Source: Cyanophora paradoxa CCMP329 (Eukaryota > Plantae > Glaucophyta). Taken from it: a stretch of 64,000 nt of DNA. Below are positions 12,901 to 26,472 of this stretch, in pieces; position 1 is the first letter of the stretch; every line of letters starts with the position of its first letter. Position numbers and translations under genes: made by a program. Below the pieces are notes generated by a model, which saw only the letters and a list, made by a program, of their open reading frames with translations, was not told the DNA's origin and did no database searches. The stretch lies in assembly GCA_004431415.1 (NCBI GenBank), contig QPMI01000011.1:41909-105908 (forward strand), written 5' to 3'.

Positions 12901-15900
12901 CCCATGCCCCCCCCTTCCCCCCCCCCCCACCCCTGATCCCGGGGGTACGCAGGCGGTGGGGGAGCTCTCGGCGCTGCGCGAGGAGGCGGCCGGCCTCCGC
13001 TTCGACCTCCAGGGCCAGGCCCGCCCCGCCCCGCCCCGCCCCGCCCCGCCGACCGCCAGGCTCGGGGCCAGATAAACATAACCGAACATATCCGACTGAT
13101 ACCTAGACCGCCCCACCCCGCCCCGCCCCGCCCCTCCCCGCCCCGCCTCCTCCCCGCCCCGCCCCGCCCCGCCCCGCCCCACCGTGCTGGCTGACGGGCG
13201 GGGCGGGCAGCGGCACCGGGCGGAGCAGCTGGAGGCGGCCCTGGCGGGGCGCGAGCGCGAGGCCGAGGAGGTCCACCGCGCCCGCGAGGTCTGCCCGCCC
13301 GGGGCTCGGGCTTCAGAGGGGCGAAAGGAGGGCGCTGGGGGGCGGGCGCTGGGGGGGGGCTCAAGGCTTGTATTTATATTCCGGTATAGGCCGGGATAGG
13401 AGGCCTTTCCTATCCCGCGCATCTTAAGGAGGCGCATCATGCGCGGGATAAGGCTTAAGGGGGGCTCAAGGCGGGATTTGGACCCAGCAAAGATAGTATC
13501 GCTAGCTCTTCTCTGACGGGGCGGGGGGCGGCAGGCGGAGGCGGAGGCGATCCGGCGCCTCTCCGCCGAGCTCGAGGCCCGCCGCCGCCAGGTCCCACCC
13601 CCCACCCACCCCACCCCCGCCCCCGCCCCCGCCCCTGGCAACGAGACCGATTTCCGAGCCGGCGCCGGCGCTTCTCACTCTGGATCGGGGCAGGTCGAGG
13701 AGGAGGCGGCGCGGGCGGGGCGCCTGGAGCGCGAGCTCGAGGCCGCCCGCTCCGAGGCCGTGCGCCTAAAAATAACTCGACCTCCCGTCTAAAAATAACT
13801 CGACGCCCTCCCTCTCTCGCCCGGGCAGGGCGCGCGGGCGCGGGAGGCTGCGTCCCCCTCGGGCCTGGAGTCCCAGGTCTCCGCTCTCAACGCCGAGGTG
13901 CGCCCAGGGCTGCAGTTGTAGAGCCTGTCGACTAACTGAATCTAGCTTAAACTTCGGGCCTTCTCTTCTAACTAAGGACCTTTAAACCGAAGAGATCCTA
14001 TAGAAGCTGTCGACTAACCGAAGAGATCCTTCACCTCGCTTATGATTTATCTAGCTTAAACTTAGGACCTGTTCTTCTTCTCACTAAGGACCCTGTGAAC
14101 GTTTTGTGTGTCAGGTGCGGAGGCTCTTGGAGGCTCTGGAGCGCGCGGAGGCCGAGGCGGAGTCCGCCCGGCGGGAGCGGGCGCGCCCCTTTAAATTTCT
14201 CCCGCTTCACATTTCAACATTAAATTTGATCTGATGGCGCGGGGCCCGCAGGAGGTGGCGGCGGCGGAGGCGGCGCGGGAGTTCGGGCCGCTTCGGGAGC
14301 GGGTGCGCAGGGCGGCCATTCTCCTTTTCATTTGAAGGCTTTAGGCTTCGCCGCCCGCGCCGGCGCTCGCGGCAGTCCTAGCTCCTCGATCTGAGCCGCC
14401 GCCCCTCACATAAGCCGCGGCCAAACGGGCCTCTGACGTCGTCCGACCGGCCACCGCCGCCTCTAAGCGGGCCGCCGCCTGGATCCTCGATCTGCCAAGC
14501 GGGCCGCCGCCTAGATCCTCGATCCTCGATCTAAGCCGCTCAGCGCCTCTGACCTCTGACCGCCCGGTACCCCGGGGCGCAGGCGGAGCGTGCGACGGCG
14601 CTGGCGCAGCAGCTCCAGCTCCTCAAGACCGCCGTGCGCTCGGAGCTCTTTCCCGGGGCCGGCTGGGGCGGGCCGGGGCGGGGCGGGCCCAGGAGGAAGC
14701 GCGGAGCGGCGCCGAGAGCCTAGAAGAAGGCACCGAAAACCTACTGTAGCTGGCAGCCTAGAAGAAGATGCGCAGGAAAAGAAGGCTGACGCGGGAGGGG
14801 CCCCGGCGCGCAGGCGGCCGACCACGAGCACACCATCGCCCGCCTCCAGCAGGTGAGGCCGCCGCCGGCTTTGGGCGCCCCGTGGGGGGCGAGCCGCACG
14901 TGCGGGCGGAGCCTCCCCGTCCTTTCGCCCTTTCGCCCGGGGGAGCGAGGGCGCCGCCGGCTCCCTCCTTTCCTCCCCTCAAGCCCCGCTCTGGGCGCCC
15001 TTAATTCCCCCGCGCAGACGCAGGCGTCCCTCTCCCACCGCGAGCGCGAGAACGCCGAGCTCCAGGTCCGCCGTCTATTTATATCCCCATCAGGAGCACG
15101 CGATATTTTCGATGAAGCCATAACATCTTCTTCTGTTAGGAGCCTATCTAGGATATATTGTGAGAGATCTAGGCCCCACCTTCTATAACATCTTCTGTAG
15201 TGTGAGAGATCTAGGCCCCACCTCCCCATCAGGAACACGCGATAGCGACCAAGCTCTAGCCTCCTCTTCTGCTCGGGGCCGGCCATATATAAGCTCTTCT
15301 TCTGTTAGGAGCCTATAGTTTGTAATCAGAGGGAGAAGCTAGCTAAAGATTTAGCTTGAAGGGTCGGGTCTCGCGGGCGCCGTTGGGCTCCGGGTCCCTC
15401 CTGAGCCCGCCCCCTCCCTCGGCGCAGGAGCGGGCGGGGCAGCTGCAGAGGGCGGCGGAGGAGGCGCAGGCGCAGGCCGCCAGGCTCCAGGTCCGCCCGG
15501 CCCGGCCCCGCCCCCGCGCCCTCCTCCCGCCCCTCCTCTCCCGCCGGCCGAGCCCCTCCCGCACTCCCGCACACCTCCCCCGCCCTCCGCCCTCCGCACA
15601 CCTCCCCCGCCCCCTCTACCCTCCCCTCGCCCCGGTTTTCTTCTCCCCGCTAACTTCTCCGGCCGGGCGCTCCCGCCCCTCCTCCTCCTCCTCCTCCCCC
15701 CCCGCCGCGAGCCGAGCCCCCCCCGCCCTCCCGCTGCGCAGGAGCGCTTCGCCGCATGGGCGGCCATCGGCGACCCGTCGCAGCTCCAGGCGAGCCCGCC
15801 CCCCGCCCCGCCCCGCCCCGCCCCGCCCTAGACAGAGGAAGATAGCTCTAGATGACATGATTACTAGACCGCCAGGGGCCCAGCGCGCCCCGCCCAGCCC

Positions 15901-17230
15901 GCCCCGCCCGCCCCACGCCCCGCCCCGCCCCGCCCCACGCCCGCCCGCCTCCCACCCCTGCACTCACGCAAGCTTTGAGCCCCTGACCCTAGCTGTAGGC
16001 TAGCCCCAGCTCACCGAGCCCGGCCGGCCCCCTCCTCCTCCTCCGGCCTCTGTACCCCCCTCTGAACCCTGTACCCCAGGCGGAGCTGGAGGCGGCGAGC
16101 CAGAACCTGGCGGTCCGCGAGGACGAGATCCGCCGCCTCAAGGGGGTACGTACTGAATTCTTCCTTCCCTACCCTTCCTTCCCCCCCCCCCCCCCCCCCC
16201 CCCCCTTCCCGCACCCAACCAATGAATGCGCCCGCCCCGGGCCGGTCCCGCTCCGGGCCCGTTCCGCTATCGCGCTTTTTGTGCTAGGGCCTTCCCCTTC
16301 CTTCCCCTTCCGGGGCCGGTCCCGCCCCGGGCCCGTTCTTGTGTCAGCGGCCTCAGCTCCGTCGGCTTACGCTTCGCGCGCGCGCGCAGGCGCTGCACCA
16401 AGCGGAGGCGAAGGCAGCCGGCGGCGCGGTGCGCTTCCCCTCCGAGCCCCTAGGCTCCCCCTCCCGCTCCCGTCCCCGCCCCTGCGCCCGCGACCGCGGG
16501 TGGCCGAGTCTGTTTGAATTTTCGCCGCAGTCTAGATCTATACCAGGCTGAGGCTGACCCGCCCTGTCTCTTAAATAGATCTCTTAGATTCCGCTTTCTA
16601 GACTCTGTGATCTCAGATCTCCCTTAAAGGCCGCGGGGGGCCGAGCCTGCTTGAATTCTCGGCGCAGGCGGGGGACGTGGATCGCCTGAAGGCGGAGGTC
16701 GCGAAGCTCAAGGAGGAGAACGAGGCGAGCCCGCCGCGCCGCGCCGCGCCCGCTTCCAAGCTCTAGATCTCTTACATTCCGCTGTTATTAAATCCGGAGG
16801 ATGCAAGCCTGTGGCTGAGCTCGAGGCTCACTCGAGCCTTGTTTCCAAGCTCTAGATCTCTTATAAAAATTACATTCCGCTGTCTAGACTCTGATCTAAG
16901 ATCCCTTAAAATCCCGCTGTTAAAATCCCTTAGATCGCCTGAAGGCGGAGGTCGCGAAGCTCAGGGAGGAGAACGAGGCGAGCGCGCCGCGCCGCGCCCG
17001 TTTTTACGCTCTAGGCTTTGATCTCAGATCTCTTAAATTCCGCTGTTATCAATTCCGCTGTCCAGGCTCTGATCTCAGATTCGACGGCTAGATCTAGCTA
17101 TAGATCTCTTTAATTCTGCCGTTCTCAGAGTCTCGAGGCTGACCGGCCCCTTGCTCTGCGCCGGCAGATGATCGGGGTGCTGCTGAGGGAGGAGCGGAAG
17201 CGGTACGCCCTCGCCACGCGGAAGAAGTAG
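6931..17230 (+). CDS. Very large Ala/Glu/Arg-rich coiled-coil protein (golgin/myosin-tail-like), many exons; start uncertain
   Basis: Heptad-rich exons (LLANIKTSAKSRIGELQDSMQQ, LEQLKTAAKAKIVELTGQVQALQQSL) separated by short GT/GC-AG introns. Last exon MIGVLLREERKRYALATRKK* ends 17230. Confidence 0.65.
9165..11737 (+). repeat. Near-identical ~570 bp exon duplication (about 9165-9755 vs 11148-11737) inside the coiled-coil gene
   Basis: Same peptide RVEERAARLAALGVELGAAEG...ARAECDAL in ORFs 8695..10140 and 11091..11939; both copies end at the same GTGCG donor. Confidence 0.95.
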
Positions 17231-18500
17231 GGGGGCGGGACGGCGCCCGGCGGCCCCTAGCTAGCTGGTCACGTTCAGAGTATTTGCTGCCACAGTGTTG
17301 CCTCTGCAGTATTTAGATGCGCTTCGAATCCTGCACCAAACGTCTCTCATTGTGCATTCCGATGCGCATACGCATACGAATTTCCAACCCCCCATCGGGT
17401 TTTCGGCCTTCGCGTAAGCGTCTAGAGGTTGCCCTACAGGCTATCTACAGCCCCTCGGGGCCTGCGGGCTGCAGGCCTGCGGCCCGGCCCTGCGCATGCT
17501 AGATGTGCTTGTAATTGGCCCAGTGGAGCTGGTCTCAGATCTGAGCTGCCAGCTGGCTGCCTGGGAGGCTGGGACTCTGCTGCCAGACTGCTGGGACTCC
17601 CAGCCTGGGAGCCTGCCCCTCACTGTGGGCCTCACATGAGTGCGTGACGGTCCGCGCCAAGTTACCGTACCGGGAAGCATTTGATTGGCCCGGCTGGGAG
17701 CGGCTGGCCGGCTGCTCGGAGCCTCGGATCATGCAGCTTTATGCTCCGCTGCCTCCGCATTAATGATTACCCCTAGCGGGGGGTACCGGCGTATCGTCAG
17801 GCGTCATGCATATCAACCTCCAACATCATGCATATGCAGCTGCTCCGGAATCCGCGGTCGCCGGGCCGCGCCGCGGCGGCCGGGCCGGGATCCGCGGCCG
17901 GATCCGTGCAGCAGGCTGCCACTGCCTGCCAGCAGCAGCTAGCTAGAGCAGCTAGCACATGCCGCAGTGCAGGTGAAGTTAGCTGGAGAAACCGCGTTGA
18001 AACTAGTACTATAGCTAGCTGCAGCTTATGGCATGTCACGTCATTATCGAGCGGCGACACGTACGCGCAGTGCCGCAGTGCAAGTGCAACGGCTTTTGAA
18101 ATCCCCGGCCGCGGCCGCCGGCCGCGGGCCTTAAAGCTTGCTATTAGCTATAGGCCTCTCAGGTCTAGATTCGGAGCTCCTCTATTCGGAGCTCGAGCTC
18201 CTCGCGAAATCGATCGTCCAAACCTTGCCGCAAATCTGAACTGCAACTGCGGTCTGCGGCGCGGTCGACGTCTGGTGCGGCAGCTGCGGTCTGGATCAGC
18301 CGCAGCGGCGCGGGGCCGGCCGACGCCCCAGCGCAGCACCCGGCCGAGGCGGCGAGGCCGCTGCTGCGGCCGCGGCGCCGGCCGTGCGCGGGCCGGGGGC
18401 CCTTCTATCGGAGTCTCTTAGTTGGCCCCCGGCCCCTGGCCTGTACGAAGCGTGCGGTCGACGTCGCTCAAGCTTGAGCGGCCGTAAGCTTGCGGGGGCC

Positions 18501-21500
18501 ATGGATCCGGATCACGATGAGTTCTCCGCCGAAGCTGCAGCTGGCCATGGCGGGCCCCGTGCGGCGTTTTCATCGTCGGCGGACCCCGTGCACGTTCGGA
18601 GCGAGCGCAGCCATTCCGAGTCGGAGCGCGGCGGCCGCGGGTCCGCGTCCTTGTCCTTCGGCGTTGGGCTCGGCGCCCGCCTTCAAGCCGACTCCGACTT
18701 GGCCGAGAGCGAGCCGCCCCGTGCCGCGAGCGCCAGCCCCGCCCCCAGCCTCGTCGAAGTCAGGCCCCGCGGCAGCCTTCAGCTCTCCGCAGGATCGGGC
18801 CCCAGCCCGGTACCCAGCTCCTCCGCCCTGCTCCGCCCCCTCCTGTCCCCTGCCAGCCCGGGTACCGTCGCCTCCCAAGCCGGCAACTCGCGCCGCGGAT
18901 CCTACGTCTACGTCTTGAATCAGGCCCGTTAACCTGTACCCCTGCCAGGCCGACTGTCTACCCCCTGAAATCTGGGCTCAGATGAGCGAGGCGCTTGGCC
19001 TGAAGGCGCAGGGAGGGGGCGAGGCGACCGCCAAGCGGAACGTTCTCGCCCTTCTCGTCATGACCGGTAGCCCCGCCCTCGCGATCGCAGTTCAGGTACC
19101 CCCCTGTTCTCCTTCCCCCCCCCCTCCCCCTCCTCCCGGCGCGCCTCGCGCGTCCGCTAAGAAGGATTCGCGACCGCAGATGGCCCTTCCGTACCCCTTG
19201 CTGCCCCCCAACTACGCTCGCCTCGCCGTCTGGATCTTCGGTTCGAATCCGCCGGGGTCGGGTTCCCCTCTCGCGTTGCTGACAGCGGCCGGTGCCCCCC
19301 CTCGCAGCCTGCGCCCCTGCCGGAATGCAGACGTGTACCTGGTTCTGCGTGTGCCACAGGATACCGGCCTGGTGCTAACCGCCTATCCCCTCCGTTCCCC
19401 CCCCCCTCCCCCCCGCTGCATCTGACCTTGTACCCCCAGGCGGATCCTCCCGTCCTGGCTAGCCGTCTACCTAGCCGTCAACATGTGCCTGCTCCTCCCA
19501 ATCTCCGTCATCCGTGATCGTGCGTACCCCCGCGCGCCCTTCTCTGCGCTGTACCCCGCTGAAAGCTATATATGCCGGCGGTCAGTTTCGACCCTTCCTT
19601 TCGGGTACAGCGTCTGCGCGGCCAGTTTCCTTCTTTCGAACCAGGTTCAAATCCGCTTGAGATCTCATTCGATCTCGAGTCTAATCTGATCTGGCGCCGC
19701 CGGCGCCGGCGCCAGGTCAACGCGCGGCTGCACTCGCTGGCGCTGCGGAGGCTGCAGCGGGCGCGGGCGGTGGCGGCGGCGGCGCGGGGCGCGCCACTGG
19801 GCCTACCCCCCGGGGGGGGCCTCGAGGCGAACCTCAAGCTCTTCCTCGGCTTCAACACGACGTCGGTGTTCGTCACGTTGCTCCCCATCTTGTGCGCCCG
19901 ATCCGCTTCGCTTTGCTCATCTAGTTCTAGCTCTTGCTTCTTATATAGCTCTTGCTCTTGCTCTTGCTTCTTATATACAGCTTTTTATATATAGCTCTAG
20001 ATCTAGCGCTTCGCTCTGCTCGGCCAGCTCTAGCTCTTGCTTTTTCTTACTCGTTCTCGCAGGTACCTCCTGGCCTTCTCCGTCCTCGAATCGGCCTTCG
20101 GGCAGGCGAGCGCGAGATCTAGAGGCTCCCCCCCTCTTCCCCTCCTATAGCTCACCTGACTGACTTCGTCCCCCCCCCAGATCGGGCTGAACGTGCTGAT
20201 GTCGGTGCTGACGATCACGCTCATCTTCCTCATCGTCCGCCGCTTCGGCGACGACCTCGCCGGGGTCCGTGTACCCCCGCCCCGGCTTCCCCCCCTTCCC
20301 CCGCCTCCCCGGTCCCCTCCGATCCGCACCTTTGGCTAGAATTTAACAAGATGCACTCCCCTGGCCTCGCCTCATTCAAAGGCCTTGCCATCGATATCAC
20401 CCCGCCCCCGCCTCATGGTGGCCGGCAGGTCCTGCCGCACGGCGACGCCACCGTCTGCTACGTCATCTCCGCCCTGTGCGTCCCCAACTCGCTTCAGGGC
20501 CGGGATCGATCCCTCTCTTGATGCCCTTGATGAATTATTTGAGTTTGACCTCGAGCGGCGCGCCCCCGCAGGTTCTCGTACCGGGTCTTCCGCCAGTTGG
20601 CCTTCTTCCGAGTGCGCGTTATCGAGTGTGGCGCTCGCGTCTGCACGGCTTGCACCGTCTTATCGCGAGTCCCACCCTCGCCCCCCGGCCCGGGCCCGCC
20701 CCGCCGCAGATCAAGAACGACGCCGTCTTCGTCGCGTCCCTCGCCCTCGAGGTGCCGCCGGCGCCGGCATTTGCAGAGAGTTTGCTTTGGCTTGCTGGGA
20801 CTATCCTATATATGCCTACTGATCATGATTTAAAACGTGATATTAGCGTGATAAAACTATCCTATGCCCAGGCCAGGCTCTTATAATTATAATTATCTTG
20901 ATTAGCATTGCTAGTAGGCGAGACGTCCCTGGGCCTTGCCTGAGCATGAGCCTCGCGGCAGATCGTGACGTTGGTGTTCCCGGTATCCCTCCTCTTCGAC
21001 CGCCTCGCCCGGGCCTTCCTGCACCGGGTCCCCCGCGGCCTGTACCCCTTCCGCCGCGTCTCCGACGCCCCGCCCCCCCTTTCGAGCGCGGGCCCCGCGG
21101 CACAGCCAGCTCAGGTGCAGGTTTTAATTGGAGTCACAGTGCGCTGTTTTGGGTCTCTTACGTACGCGCAGCGACCGTCGCAGCCGCTGGCCCCGGGGCG
21201 GCCGAGGGCCGGAAGCCTGCAGCCTTACGCCGTACCCCTCGGCCGGAGGCGCTCCGAGCCGGTGTCAGACTCCGAGGAGGCGCCGCCCCCGCGGGTTGCG
21301 CACCGCGCCTGGCGCTCGGCACACGCGGAGGACCCCGAGGGATCCGTGCACGGTACCCCCGCCGCGGCCTCGGCGGCTGCGAACCCCGTACCCCTCTCCC
21401 GGCTCGACGGGGGGGTAGTGCATGTCGTCGGGGACGGCGAGAGCCCGTACCCCGCCTTCTCGCCGGCCTCCCTCGCGTGGTCGCCATCTCCCCCGGGTCC

Positions 21501-23544
21501 TTCGCCCCCCCTCTCTCCGGACCGCCCCGGGCCCCGCAGGGGCTCCGCATCCGGACCCGGATCCGCCCTCGAGCTCCACCGCCCGAGCACCAGCAGCAGC
21601 GGCGTACCCCCCGGGCTCCCGGGCCCCGGCGACAAGCCGAAGGGGTACAGCGCGGCTCTGGCCGCGCCCCGGCCCCCGGCGTCGACGTCGACCGCCACCT
21701 CCGGATCCGGATCCGGAGCCGGAGCCGGAGCCGGCGCTCGCCGCGGGTCGTGGCTCAGCGCTGGCGGGGCAGCGGCGCCCCCGGTTCGAATCCGAGTGGA
21801 CTCGGAAGAGACGGCGCGCCCCGGGGCGGCGGCCGCGGGCGCGGGCGCGAGCCAGCTGCAGGCGACTGCGCGGACCGCTCCGTCGGAGGCTGTACCCCCG
21901 CGGAGCTTCCAGGAGAGCGTCGGCGAGGAGTCTGTACCCTTGAAGGCGCGCGCCCCCAGCCGCTCCACCCACCCCGCCCGCGCCGCCCTCCTCACTGAGT
22001 CACCGCGTCGTTCTGCACAGGCGGGCGCCAGCTGCAGCGACGGCGCGGCGGGTCCGGATCTCGAGTCGGGCGGCCTCAGCGGAGGAGGAGGAGGTGGCGG
22101 CGGGGGGGTACGCCTCTTCTCGTTGGACTCGCTTGTTTCGGATCCGGAGGCGGCCCCTCGCTTCGGCGCGGGCGCAGCGGGCGCGGCGCCGGCGCCGGCG
22201 CCGGTGGCGCCCCTCGAATTCGAAGCCAACGCGCGCGGGGCCGCGGCCCGCGCCTCGGTGTCCTCGGAGGGATCCCTCGGGATGGACGCCGGCAAGGCGG
22301 TCGGGGCGACCGGGGCCCCCGGGGGGTACGACGAGCGCGAGGACGTGCAGCTCTACCACATGCAGAGCGGGATCAGGTGCCGCACCCTTCCTTCAATTCT
22401 GCTTCAAGCAAGTTCTGGACTAGCGCTGCCGCGCTGCGGCATTTCCCTTAAGCTTTTACTTCGTCCGGCTTAGCTCGTCGAGCTCGAGCGTGGGAAGATG
22501 AGAGAGGGCTTCGGATTCAGGAGCCGCGCTGACGAGGGGCGGGTCCGGGATCCGGCGGGCGCGGGGGGTACAGGTCGGTGGTGCTGCTGCAGGCGGCGGT
22601 CTGCTGGAGCGCGTCCCTCGTCTTCGTCGTCGGCGCCAGGTCCGAGTTCGACCTACCCCCCGCCCACTTCCCCCCCCCCTTCCCCCCCTCCTCCCCTGAC
22701 CCTCCCCGGGCGCATGCCCGCCCTTTAAATTTCACGATCTCGAAAGGCCCTAACCCGGTGACCCTGCCTCCCCCGCAGCATCGCGCGGTGGGGCCCGGCG
22801 TCGCACTACTTCCCCTTCGACCCGGCCGTCTGCTCCGGCGAGACCTTCTCCAAGGCCGTCGCCTTCTCCCTCGTCCAGGTGCCCCGGCCCGCGCTCAATG
22901 ACGAAAGACAAGAAAGAAAGAATTCGAAAGACAGTCGCGATATCAATTTTAGTTTCAATTTTAGATCCAGCGGCCATGATCGTGATCATGGTCCCCGCGC
23001 GCGACCTGACGGAGCTCGGGCTGACCTCTCTCGCCCCCGGCCCGGCCCGCCCCCCGCCAGGCCCTCGCCCACGGCGTCGCCCTGCTGGCCATCCAGCTCG
23101 CCGGCCTCGCCTTCCCCCGCCTCCGCAGGTGCGCATGCCGCCCTCGCCGAGGCACAGGTCGAAGCTCACGCTATTACAATCAATTTATAATTATTATATA
23201 TCAAGAACTCATGCGTCTCTGGAAAGAGCTAATTAAGAAAGTTAACCTTATATAATTACTTGGACGCTCACGCTCGACTCGCCTCGGCTCGCCCCGCAGC
23301 CGCCTGGCGCTGACGGCCTCGTGGCGCATCCTCCGCGAGCGGATGGGCGTCATCGGCCTCCTCTGCGTCGGCGGCACCACGTGAGCCCGGCCCTCGCGAG
23401 ATCCTCTGTATCTCACCCGAGCTTTAGCTTAGGCTAAACTAATTATAACCGTTGAACTGCCCTCGTAGCATGGCGTTCCTCGCGCTGTATCGGGAGGCCA
23501 ACATCTACTCCTACGTCCACCTCGAGGACTACGCGCCCTCGTGA
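18501..23544 (+). CDS. Multi-pass membrane protein with a large low-complexity cytoplasmic loop, multi-exon, unknown function
   Basis: ATG 18501. Hydrophobic exons (ALLVMTGSPALAIAV; LKLFLGFNTTSVFVTLLPI; IGLNVLMSVLTITLIFLIVRRF; VLLQAAVCWSASLVFVV). Long Pro/Ser/Gly exon ~21170-22376. Ends ...VHLEDYAPS* 23544. Confidence 0.55.
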
Positions 23545-24700
23545 CCGCGATCCCCATTGGAGTCGCGATGGGCTCCGAGGCTCGAGATCGCGCCGGCGAG
23601 TTTCTTTCTATTAACTGAGATCGATTAATATTTTTGCGAGCCTTTATACAATTAAGTATGACAACTGCCGGGCTGCGGCGTTACGTATGCAGGGCCGTGC
23701 CCGGCCCGGCCGGTCTCATGTATTTTTAGCACGTGCACTACTGCACTCGCGATCGTCGTTCTCATCTGCCGACTTCGATTAGTTTCGAGTTCAGGCTTTG
23801 CTCGAATTCGCTGCAGTTTATTCGCTTATCATTAATATTCAATGATTCTGCTTGCAATTGTGTTTCATGGTATGCTTAGCTCTAGCTCGTCTTTGATGCG
23901 TGTATTAATTCAGATTCACTGAATGAGGCCTTCAAAGCTTGTCGGGTGCAGTGCGCGTGCACGTGTTGCGAGCCTCGGAGGTCAGACACGTACATACTGC
24001 GACGTCGACGTCGACCTGCAATCCGCAGCGCTGCTGCTGCAGTGGCGTTCGCGCGCCGCGGGCGTTTCGCGGCTTGGCGCCCAGCGCAGGCGGCGCAGCT
24101 TGTGGGGGGGTACATGCACCACACGTTGGCCGGCAGCGCCTCTGCTTCATGACTGCAGAGACCGCAGCGGAGAGCACAGTCGCAGTCGTTCCGCGTCTTG
24201 AGGACGCGCCGCTCGCCGACCGCATTCTTGGTATCCTCGCCGAGGGAAAGAGCAGGTTTGAACCGCCCGCGAGCGCCGCCGCCGCCGCGCCCCGGGCCGC
24301 GCGCTCACGAACGCGCGTCCAGGTTCCTTGCCAACCTTGAGGAAGGTGTGTCGCGCCCGCGGTTGCCAAGGTTGCAGTCGCCGTTGGCGCCGCCACAAAG
24401 CGGCCCGCGCCGGCGCTCTCTCTTATGCGGTCCGACCGCAGCTATCTCTGACGGCCGGGAACTCTTTGAGTCCCTCCGAGCCTCCACGCGGGAACCAGCC
24501 CCGGAGGACGATTATCTGAGCGGCCTCGCACAGGTCAGCAGGGTCTCCGCCTCTGGGACTTCGTCCCTCCGTCCTTCCAGCGCGCTCCATCGCCCGATTG
24601 CTGAATGACCGTGCACCATTCGCATTCCTAATCGCGCGCCATGCCGCAGCACTTCGCCAAACCGTCGGGGACCCAGGAAGCGCTCCAGGCGGCTACTGAG

Positions 24701-26194
24701 ATGATGCAGCTCACTCCCGAAGAAGCGAAGACCGCCATCGTTGTGACGAATGTATCGCCCGACGCCAACGGCGGGTGCGTGCTGAACTAGTCCTGTCTCC
24801 CGCCACGCGCAGCTCACCGCCCCGCGCGGCGCAGCACGCTCGTCGACTTCTTCTCGTTCTGCGGGACGATCAAGAAGCTTCATCTGGAGCAGTGAGCCCG
24901 CCCGCCGCGCGCTGCTGCGGGCGCCGCTCATTCCATGCGTTTCGTAGGGAGCCCGGCGCCACCGGCCGGCAGGTTGCGTGCGTCGTCTTCTCCGACGCCG
25001 CGGCCGCCGAGACCGCGCTGCTTCTTTCTAACGGTGCTTCCTTTTCTCTTGCCCATGTTTCCTTCGCGCCGCGCTGATGTGCCGCTTTCGCAGCCGTGAT
25101 CATCGACAAGCCGGTGTGTTCGCTCTCGGAAGAGCGCCGCCGCGCTCGCGTCCGACGTGCGCGCGACGGCAGGTGGCGATCATGACGTACGCGGCCGCGA
25201 GCAACCCGCAGCCGGCGGCGCCCGCGGGCGCCGAGGCGGCCGCCTCGGCCGAGCCCGCGAAGAAGGGCTTCTTCTCGTCGCTGAAGGAGAAGGCCGCCGA
25301 GAAGATGAAGAACCTCGACAGTGCGCTCGGATGGATTCGGCGCCGTTCCCGCGCTTCCGCGACCGACGCCCGTCCCGCGCAGGCGAGCGCGGCGTGCTCA
25401 TGACCAAGCTGAAGGCGGGCACCAACAAGATCGCCGACAACATGCGCGAGGCGAGAGAACTTCTTTGTCTATCTAGAAGTTTAGCTTCCTGACGGCCCCG
25501 CGCAGGCCGGCAAGGCGATCGAGGAGAAGATGCGCCCGGCGCTTGAGGCCGGTGCGAGCGGGCCCGCACGCACGCATGCTCGCACGCCGCAGCGCCTCAC
25601 GCCCTCGCTCGCTCGCGCGCAGCTGGCGAGGTGGGCAAGAAGATCGACGAGAAGACCCACATCAGCGAGTTCGCGGGGGTCGTCAAGACGAAGACCGTCG
25701 CCGCCTCACAGAAGGTCGAGGCGACCTATAAGGAGGTCGCCGACAAGGTCGAGAACAAGGTCAGTCGAATCGAATCCCGGATCGAATCCGGATCAAATTG
25801 CTCGGAATTCGATCCCGCCCGCCGCCGCAGATGATGGAGAGCGCTGTCGTCCAGAAGGGCGTCGCGAAGATGAAGGAGGCGAAGAGCAAGATCGGCACCG
25901 AGTTCAAGGGGGTTCGTCGATTGCGCGGATCGAATTCGGTATCGATTTGCGGGCGAGCCTCGGCCGACTCTGGGCCCGCAGGTGAAGAGCAAGATCGACG
26001 CGAAGCTCGGCCGCTCGGGCTCGTCCCCCACCGGCGAGTTCGCCATCGCTCCGGAGGAGGGCGAGGCGGGCGAGGAGGCGTCGGGCGACTCGATCGACGC
26101 CGCCGAGGGCGCCGAGGCCGCCCCGGAGGAGGCCGAGGCGCCGTCCGCGGAGGCGGAGGCCCCCGCGGCCGCCGCTGCCGTCGAGGCGAACTAG
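24701..26194 (+). CDS. RRM-domain protein, Vip1/BPA1 (binding partner of ACD11)-like
   Basis: Spliced product ...IVVTNVSPDANG|TLVDFFSFCGTIKKL...ACVVFSDAAAAETALLLSN|AVIIDK matches the family signature DFFSFCG / AETALLL; Lys-rich helical region and acidic tail follow. Confidence 0.8.
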
Positions 26195-26472
26195 GCGCCC
26201 CGCCGCCGCTCTTTTCTCTTTTCTCGAACCGTGACAGATTGGCAGATCTCCCCTTTCCTTTTTCCCTAGGCAGATTGGTTTTCCTGCACGCCCCCCCCTT
26301 GCTCTGTGGGCGGGGCCCGATGTTAGGTCCTGGCTCTGATTCGCAGTACAGAATGCGCTTTGCTTTGAACCCCTCGATCCTTTGGGAGAGGAGCTAGAGC
26401 TAGAGGGGCTCGGGCTCGACTCGAGTGAGAGCTCGAGGCCCAAAGCGGCTCGAGCTTGGCTCCGCGATATCG

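Noticed and set aside
23880-24610. Possible small gene between the TM gene and the RRM gene
   Set aside because: No recognisable motif or consistent exon structure on either strand.
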